DNA from: Amoeboradix gromovi X-113
Lineage: Eukaryota; Fungi; Sanchytriomycota
Direction of reading: 5' to 3'
Length of the DNA: 5,810 nucleotides
Assembly: GCA_018985225.1 (NCBI GenBank)
Contig: JADGIF010000626.1
Location: 1 to 5,810 of the forward strand
The position numbers and the translations under genes were made by a program. Shown here one piece after another: positions 1 to 5,810 of this stretch. The first letter of the stretch is position 1, and every line of letters starts with the position of its first letter. The notes beneath the pieces are model-generated. The model had not been told where the DNA came from. It saw nothing but the letters and a program-made list of their open reading frames with translations, and ran no database searches.

Positions 1-1
1 T

Positions 2-70
2 GAAAAGTACCTCAACAGTAATTTTTTAGATGAAAAAGGAGTGTGGATGCCTATTCCAAAGAAATAGTAA
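2..70 (+). CDS. Possible 3' end of a gene starting upstream of the window (…EKYLNSNFLDEKGVWMPIPKK, then TAG TAA)
   Basis: The frame is open from base 2 to AAA TAG TAA at 62-70 and is followed by very AT-rich sequence. It is only 21 codons and I recognise no domain. Confidence 0.35.
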
Positions 71-163
71 TTCGTAATATAGAAACTTTAAACCATTTTG
101 AATAAATTAGAAATCATGTACATTTTGTAACACTGTTTCATTTCGAAATGGAAAGAAATCCTC

Positions 164-313
164 AGGAACATATACATCAAATATATGCATCCTTATTCAA
201 TCCCGCCTCAGGGTAGTGAAAGCGTGAGCTTTTACTGTAGCGGAGCATCTGGCATTGCTGGTTTCTCTTTGGAAATTCTTGATTTTCTCGGAAATCAGGA
301 CTTCAAAGAGGAG
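164..313 (-). repeat. Dispersed intergenic repeat, copy 1 (inverted relative to copies 2-5)
   Basis: The reverse complement reads CTCCTCTTTGAAGTCCTGATTTCCGAGAAAATCAAGAATTTCCAAAGAGAAACCAGCAATGCCAGATGCTCCG…GCTCACGCTTTCACTACCCTGAGGCGGGATTGAATAAGGATGCATATATTTGATGTATATGTTCCT. This matches the copies at 1960, 3518, 4511 and 5582. Confidence 0.95.
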
Positions 314-545
314 TTGTGTTAATTTTGAGTCCCAAGTCTTCTGAAAAGCCCATTTTATTGGTCCCAACTAATGAAGTATTAAAGACAGCTTCCCTAGAGG
401 GCTTTGAATCGCTTAATCTTATCAAATAGTAAACGTACAACACAATTCAAACCAGGATCAGGTAATTAGAGCTAAGATATTGATCTATCATACAACAGAT
501 AGTTTTAAAGGATAAACAAACTTTTTCACACATTTTTTTATCTAT

Positions 546-1815
546 TTATTTAGTCTCTGCGTTTATCTTGAATTCCACCATCTCCAACACCCCAGCATAG
601 GTCTCTTCACCGGTTGGCAATATCTCTCTAGGGTGTAGTACAAACCCACCGCTACCCAACGAGTTTGCAGGTCTTAACTCGATTGTTAATGCAAACACCC
701 ATTCATCGTTTGGTCTAGAAATATAAAAGTAGTCACTTGCAGTACCGGTTGTGACATATAACGAAATGCTCTTCTGAGGAGTGTAATATTTGCTGTACTT
801 AGATTTCATGGTACTGCTCATCAACTGAGTAACTTCTTTAAAGTCTAATTCATTAGGAGAGTCAGCTTTTGAGTATCCATATGGGCGAAGAATTAGCTGG
901 GAATATGAATGGAAGTCAATAGCTCCAGACACACAGCACAGAGATCTCTAGTATTGATCAATCGATCTAGATTCAGGTTCGCTGAATGGTGCAGTTCCCA
1001 TGATGTCTCACTTCCGGGATTGCTTGAACTACCACCTTGTCCCCAATGTACGTCTTGAAAATTTCTATTCAAGTCCTACATAAGTAGCTATTACCACTCC
1101 TGCTATTTTATTAGATACTACACGAGTATTCTTTCTCCACATTCTGTTATTGGAATGACTGTACTCATAGCCATCCGGATTTACAATGGGAACTATAACA
1201 AACTCAGACTTGTTGAGTATGTTAACAATTCTGGGGTCATTTTGAAGAAATCCTTTGACTAATTGCCAGGTGATGTAGGCTGTCGTTGTACCAGAAATCC
1301 ATTCACGAGCATGGATCAAACTTTGAAAATAAAACTGCTTTTTCACTGACTGAGTAGGTGCAGTGAGATGAATGGCAAACAAATCTCTACCTTCGTTGGA
1401 TTTACCGATAGAAGGTACAAATTCAACCAAGTCAGGATAGATTTGGGACAATTTGAAATACCATTCCTTGATCTCACTATAAGAAGATTAATCACCAAAA
1501 AATTCGTAAAACTAGACATCAGAAGGCTCTTTAGGAGCTGGTTTTTTAAATCTCTTATTTCTTTTTAATCTCATAGTTTCCTCACGAATAAGACTTGGAA
1601 TTTCAGTATTGATAACCTGATATTTCTGGATATCTAAACAACGCAATTCAGCATATGGCATAAAAACCTCCAAACTATCATTCTTGGTGTTCCATACATC
1701 GTAGTTTTGATCAAGTTCCTCTGCCAATTCAACAGATGGATTTAAAATCTTGCACAAGATATATCCCTCAAAACTCTTTTGCAAATAAGCAAGCAGAGAA
1801 TAAAATTAGGATCAT
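546..1815 (-). pseudogene. M14A zinc carboxypeptidase (carboxypeptidase A/B-like pre-pro-enzyme); reading frame disrupted as sequenced
   Basis: The track ORFs 1512-1784, 1065-1451 and 546-932 are one gene. ATG 1815 gives a signal peptide MILILFSACLFA and a prodomain. Motifs follow in order: FFGD*SSYSEI, IHAREW (Zn ligands), NPDGYEYS, MWRKN, GV|DLNRNF, W-GQGGSS-NPGSET, PFSEPE, IDFHSYSQ (third Zn ligand), LYVTTG, TIELRP (catalytic Glu). Interruptions: extra A at 1777-1780, TAG 1512-1514, TAA 1488-1490, intron 1076-1094, 1-nt deletion near 1002-1003, TAG 948-950. It ends on TAA 546-548. The family call is secure; pseudogene versus sequencing error is unresolved. Confidence 0.85.
1076..1094 (-). 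other. 19-nt GT-AG spliceosomal intron in the carboxypeptidase gene
   Basis: The minus strand reads GGA GTG | GTAATAGCTACTTATGTAG | GAC TTG AAT AGA AAT TTT. Removing the 19 nt restores the conserved M14 motif GVDLNRNF exactly. Confidence 0.9.
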
Positions 1816-1959
1816 TCAGGAATATTTATGGCCGTCTACTTATTCAAAGTAACAAATCGCCTTTTCTTGCTTGTGGAACTACAATAATCGCCATAGCGAA
1901 TTGCCGCGTCATGTTGGATTTACTGGCAATATCGATCCAGAATTGAGCTAATGGAGAAG

Positions 1960-2240
1960 CTCCTCGTTAAAAGTCCTGATTTCCGAGTAAATCGAGACAA
2001 TCCACAGAGAAAATAGAAGTGCCAGATGCTCCGTTAAAGTGATTGCTCACGCTTTAACTACCCTGAGGCGGAATTGAACAAGGATGCAAATAATCTATGT
2101 GTATGCTCTATCTATATCCAAATGACAGCTGGTCACCTTGTACATCTTTGGCTAGTAAACGCTCCTATTTATAGATTGGAAATCAGTAGGGTTCACATGA
2201 AATGTAAAAATGTATACAAATTCGTGATGAATGGCTTGTT
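1960..2240 (+). repeat. Dispersed intergenic repeat, copy 2 (long; right boundary approximate)
   Basis: Starts CTCCTCGTTAAAAGTCCTGATTTCCGAG. It aligns with copy 4 through TCCAAATGACARCTGGTCACCTTGTA…CTAGTAAAYGCTCCTATTT…ATTGGAAAT, and similarity fades near 2225-2240. Confidence 0.93.
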
Positions 2241-2494
2241 GAAGAGCAATTTGACTGTTGTATAGCTCTGCATAGATACATGCAAGACAGTACAGTTATA
2301 TTATTGACTGGTACATCCCGATCTGACCTAGTTTGCTTGGTTTTAAACTGGTGCGCTGAATGGCGTTTGCTATTCAATGCAATAGCAGGTACTCTGCAGG
2401 ATTCTCATCTTTCGTGCAGTAACTAAAGCGTATATTTAACAGGTTTCCACAAACACAAAATTCTATTTTTAACACATTTATTAGTCTGCAGGTC

Positions 2495-3151
2495 TTAATC
2501 ACTTGCCATTTGTTTGAACTAGTTTTTGTCTAACCAAAATGGATACTTTGGTAATATGCTTTTAATTGTAGACACTTGCTCTGGAGTGAGCTTGATATCC
2601 ATTTTTGTGACAGGACTTCCTGTGTAAAATGCTGTCGCAATAGCTGTAACATCTTCCATATATTCATCTGAACCATCTGAATCTTTAAATATTTTTAAAA
2701 GTTCCGGTTGTTCTAAAGCCCATTTTGCAATTTTTTCATATCTTTCATAAGATGCTTGATCAGAAACGGCCTTCCAATATTCATCGTACTTAGCCCTATC
2801 TTCAGGAGGAACTTCCAGATTGCCGTTCTTGTTAAAACGGAGTTTGGCTAGAGTAGGGTGAAGCTCTCTCAACTGCATCAGAAGTGACTCATCTGATTTA
2901 GTTGAAGGTAGTTCCCCAAGAGTTGTTCCTTGAGGGTCGGTACTTTCAGGCCCTGGATAAAAAACCGGTTGTTCATCTTCAAATAAGTTAGCAGGCATAC
3001 GTGCAACAGACGTGGGTCTACCAGCCACACGCGCAACTGGATTAACGAAACCACTTGCGGGATTCGCGGATACAGCTAACAGTGCTGCTGCAGCTGCTGC
3101 TCTGTGGGCATTGACGGGTAAACTCACAACAATGGAGCACAAGTACAACAT
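2495..3151 (-). CDS. Hypothetical, probably secreted protein (210 aa to TAG at 2519; 218 aa to TAA at 2495 if TAG is read through)
   Basis: Uninterrupted ATG-initiated ORF with a hydrophobic N-terminus (MLYLCSIVVSLPV), an Ala run, a Pro-rich linker and a charged, helical-looking C-terminal half. After the TAG the frame continues FKQMASD to TAA, followed closely by AATAAA. I recognise no family. Confidence 0.8.
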
Positions 3152-3517
3152 TTATGACTTAGAAATTGGTAGGGTATTTAAATAAAATATTGAATCATCT
3201 GACATGAAAGTGCCAATTAGAAGTGTGAAATATCACATAATTCGAGTCACGAAATACTCTTAAAAGTCAAAACAGAGCATAAGAACCCAAAATATTTGCA
3301 AAGCGCACTCATTATCAGTAGAATACTTTATTTGATTAAAACTTATTAGAGGGATCAAGAAATTTACCCACAGGTACATAATCATCAGGTGTATGGGCCA
3401 CATATTTAGACTTGCCATTATTTCCTCTTATCTCTTTTAGTGCAAATGGGTACTCCTGTAAAAACTGAGCCTTCTGCTCTTTTGACATGCTGTTCGAAAG
3501 ATTTAAATTATGCATGA

Positions 3518-3629
3518 CGTTAAAAGTCCTGATTTCGGAGAAAAAACAGCAGTGCTAGATGATCAGTTACAGTGATTGCTCACGCTTTCACCACCCTGAA
3601 GCAAGATTGAATATGGATGCATACTTGAT
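3518..3629 (+). repeat. Dispersed intergenic repeat, copy 3 (truncated, internal deletion)
   Basis: Reads CGTTAAAAGTCCTGATTTCGGAGAAAAAACAGCAGTG…GGATGCATACTTGAT. It lacks the first 5 nt and the segment between the two GAGAAA motifs. Bases 3547-3623 are identical to 4566-4642. Confidence 0.95.
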
Positions 3630-3681
3630 AAAAAAAAGTAAATAGAGTTATATGCATTTCGCTGTTAACATTCTGATTTAT

Positions 3682-4347
3682 TTAAAACTTGTAATCACTC
3701 TTTAATCCAAGACACTCGTGCATTTTAACAAAATTGTATCCTTTGGCCTTGTAGCTAGTGACAATTTCATCCATGTAATTTAGCCATAATTTGTCAGTCT
3801 CATCAGCAAGTATGATGTGGCCGGCGTTAGGCTTATTAAGTGGAGCTAGGATGCTTTTTACAGACTCTTCGTCACTTACAACTGTAGGTTCATCAAAAGG
3901 GTTGCTATCAACATCCCATTGAACGACAGTCATGCCCAACTTGGATCCTTTAACAACATTTAAAGAGAAGTCATCGTAAGCATCATACGGGAATTGAAAA
4001 TAATTTGTCCATCTTTGGGTTTCCTTGTAGATCAAATTGTTGGTTTTCTTAACTTCGTCATAGATCGACTTTTGACCGATTAACTGAGGAAAATACTTGT
4101 GGGAGTAACTATGGCTACCAATAGAATGTCCCTGATCATAAATAGATTTTACCAATCCTGGGTACTTTTCCATTTCTTTACCGACCACGAAGAACGTTGC
4201 GTTGATGCCATTTGATTTTAAAGCAGCCAAGTGACTATGCGTATTTAAAGAAGGACCATCAACTATAGTCAAAGCGACCATATTCTTGTTTACGCATTTC
4301 CGGTGAATCTTTTGAGACATTGCCAAATTCAACTACAAACTAAGCAT
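3682..4347 (-). CDS. Polysaccharide/chitin deacetylase-like protein (CE4, NodB homology domain) with degenerate catalytic motifs
   Basis: Motifs: C…MVALTIVDGP, ATFFVVG, GHSIGSHSYSH, FQFPY, VQWDVDS, GHIIL, GYNFVKMHECLG. The likely start is ATG 4347 (MLSL*LNLAMSQKI, signal-peptide-like, in-frame TAG at 4333-4335). An alternative start is ATG 4372 with a 28-nt GT-AG intron at 4333-4360. It ends on TAA. Confidence 0.88.
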
Positions 4348-4510
4348 TTCTCAGAACTACCTGCATTTCCATCTTATAATGGTGAATCCCTTGTATTTGA
4401 AATATGATTGGATATTCATCACTAAATTTATGCAAACAGCTTGCAAATTCATTTGATATTATTGCCTCGCTAGTTAGCTTGTTGGTGTATTCTTCAAATT
4501 CATTTACAAA

Positions 4511-4812
4511 CTCCTCGTTAAAAATACCCAATTTCCGAGAAAATCGAGAATTTACACAGAGAAACCAGCAGTGCTAGATGATCAGTTACAGTGATTGCTC
4601 ACGCTTTCACCACCCTGAAGCAAGATTGAATATGGATGCATATACTTGATGTATATACTTGCTGCCATATGCTCTCCATCTAAATCCAAATGACAACTGG
4701 TCACCTTGTATATGTCTGACTAGTAAATGCTCCTATTTGAGCTATTGGAAATATCGTTAGAATTCAGATTAAGATATAAAAATGCATGCTGATTCTCAAT
4801 AAATAATTTATT
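4511..4812 (+). repeat. Dispersed intergenic repeat, copy 4 (longest; right boundary approximate)
   Basis: Starts CTCCTCGTTAAAAATACCCAATTTCCGAGAAAATCGAGAATTT and contains all blocks seen in the other copies. It aligns with copy 2 to about 4800-4812. Confidence 0.95.
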
Positions 4813-4848
4813 CAGGAAATGAAGAATCTGTGATAAATAATAACAGAT

Positions 4849-5292
4849 TTACTATTTCGCATATTTTTTGGTAAAATCTTTGGCGTTCTTTAGAAACTCG
4901 CCTTTGTCAGTTCTATATAGTTCTTCTGGCTCAATTGCTATAGGATCCTCTAGATTAGGCTCCAGCAACAGCTGTAAAATAGCAGTAATTAATAAACTTA
5001 TTCTAGAGGTTGGTTTCCAATTATTTAGTAAACTAAGACAAACATTACCATCATTATCAAAATTTGGATGATAAATCTTGGTTTTAAACAATATTTTAGG
5101 TGGTTTAAACGGAAAATCCGAAGTAAAAATTATATTGATTGAAAATATTCCTTTTTCATAAGGAGTGCCCACAGGTCCAGTTATCTTTACAAGCCATGAT
5201 AGAACATCGTCTTCATTAGGTATGATATGCACTCCTTTAATTGGATTCTACATTAAATTCTTTAATTCCACTTGAATCCTTTTGACAAACAT
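4849..5292 (-). CDS. Ubiquitin-conjugating enzyme E2 (Ubc4/5-like size and motifs, divergent)
   Basis: ATG 5292 gives MFVKRIQVELKNLM*NPIKGVHIIPNEDDVLSW (in-frame TAG at 5248-5250), continuous with track ORF 4852-5232. It contains GPVGTPYEKGIF, FPFKPPKILFKTKIYHPN, catalytic GNVCLSLL, WKP, PNLEDP and AKDFTKKYA. Length is 146-147 aa and it ends TAG TAA. Confidence 0.93.
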
Positions 5293-5581
5293 GTTTGGGG
5301 GAGGATGTTCAGAATTATAAACCTAAAGAGTTCGTTGACAAATGCTTGTGTATTAGCAGATATTACCAATACTTGTGCGGCAAATATAACTTTTCACAGG
5401 TTAATCGAAACTGTTTATTTTGTGACTTTATGAATGGCAGTCTTATTGATGCTGACTAGTGCACCACTTTTGCCGATTCTTCTCTGTGTGTATTTAAAAA
5501 CAAATAGGAACTGATCAGAACATTGTTTAATTTTGTAGAAGGTGCTCGAATTCCTGATTATTTCAAGACGTCCTTAAGTTT

Positions 5582-5776
5582 CTCCTCGTTAAAATTCCTG
5601 ATTTCCGAGAAAATCGACAATTTCCACAGAGAAATTAATTTTGTTAATCTCTCCGTTACAATGATCGCTCACGCTTTCACTACCCTGAGGCGGGATTAAA
5701 TAAGGATGCATATACTTGATGTATATGTTCCTTGCTGCCATATGGTCTCTATCTATCTCCAAATGACAATTATCAC
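5582..5776 (+). repeat. Dispersed intergenic repeat, copy 5
   Basis: Reads CTCCTCGTTAAAATTCCTGATTTCCGAGAAAATCGACAATTTCCACAGAGAAA…GCTCACGCTTTCACTACCCTGAGGCGGGATT…CCAAATGACAA and then diverges. Confidence 0.95.
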
Positions 5777-5810
5777 AAGTGTAGGTTTCTAAATTAGTTT
5801 TCTTTAGAGT

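Noticed and set aside
1477-1517. Intron(s) removing the TAG and TAA in the carboxypeptidase (41-nt GTCTAG…TATAG or 19-nt GTGATT…TATAG)
   Set aside because: Both options cause an immediate stop or frameshift and remove part of the conserved FFxxYxxYxEI segment.
1368-1568. + strand 66-aa ORF
   Set aside because: It is an antisense shadow of the carboxypeptidase with no recognisable motifs.
1960-1975. Stowaway/mariner-type terminal inverted repeat (CTCCCTCCGT-like)
   Set aside because: The resemblance is loose, there is no flanking TA duplication, and there is no matching inverted end.
2165-2179. CCAAT plus CTATAAATAG (LTR-like TATA box) on the minus strand of copy 2
   Set aside because: The TATA is absent from copy 4 and there are no TG…CA ends or target-site duplication, so a solo-LTR or promoter call is unsupported.
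2074-2377. ORFs 2074-2265 (+) and 2183-2377 (-)
   Set aside because: Both are short, start on non-ATG codons and overlap repeat copy 2, and the frame is not preserved in other copies.
4340-4531. 63-aa minus-strand ORF as a standalone gene
   Set aside because: It starts at TTG inside repeat copy 4 and overlaps the likely deacetylase start. It is kept only as a possible fragment.
4508-4560. HDV-like ribozyme (CUCCUCG loop) or hammerhead ribozyme in the repeat
   Set aside because: CTCCTCG is the very end of the conserved unit, so no conserved P1/P2/P3 pairing exists, and I found no CUGANGA…GAAA core on either strand.
4868-5071. + strand 67-aa ORF
   Set aside because: It is an antisense shadow of the E2 gene.
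5248-5271. 24-nt GTGGAA…ATGTAG intron as an explanation of the E2 TAG
   Set aside because: Splicing would delete the conserved helix-1 residues ELxxL that this segment encodes in frame, and the donor site is poor.
546-5292. Ciliate/aphelid-type code with both TAA and TAG as Gln
   Set aside because: There is only one internal TAA in about 1000 codons of AT-rich coding DNA, and TAA coincides with the expected C-termini of the carboxypeptidase, deacetylase and E2.
164-5776. CRISPR array or bacterial integron attC sites
   Set aside because: The repeats are 110-300 bp, divergent and about 1 kb or more apart. They lack attC RYYYAAC…GTTRRRY symmetry, the context is eukaryotic, and no cas or integrase gene is present.

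Overview
AT-rich, gene-dense eukaryotic DNA, probably from a fungus or fungus-like lineage (inferred from a GT-AG intron, an E2 enzyme and a fungal-type NodB deacetylase). Four genes lie on the minus strand: an M14A zinc carboxypeptidase (disrupted, 546-1815), an unknown secreted-looking protein (2495/2519-3151), a polysaccharide/chitin deacetylase-like protein with degenerate catalytic motifs (3682-4347) and a ubiquitin-conjugating E2 (4849/4852-5292). The 3' end of a + strand gene may occupy 2-70. Three things stand out. (1) TAG occurs in frame inside clearly homologous coding sequence in three of the four genes, and every gene can end on TAA, so UAG may be a sense codon (pseudogene decay or sequence error is not excluded). 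(2) The carboxypeptidase has a 19-nt intron. (3) One uncharacterised 110-300 bp repeat family has a copy in every intergenic region (5 copies), with one sharp end, one ragged end and internal hairpins.
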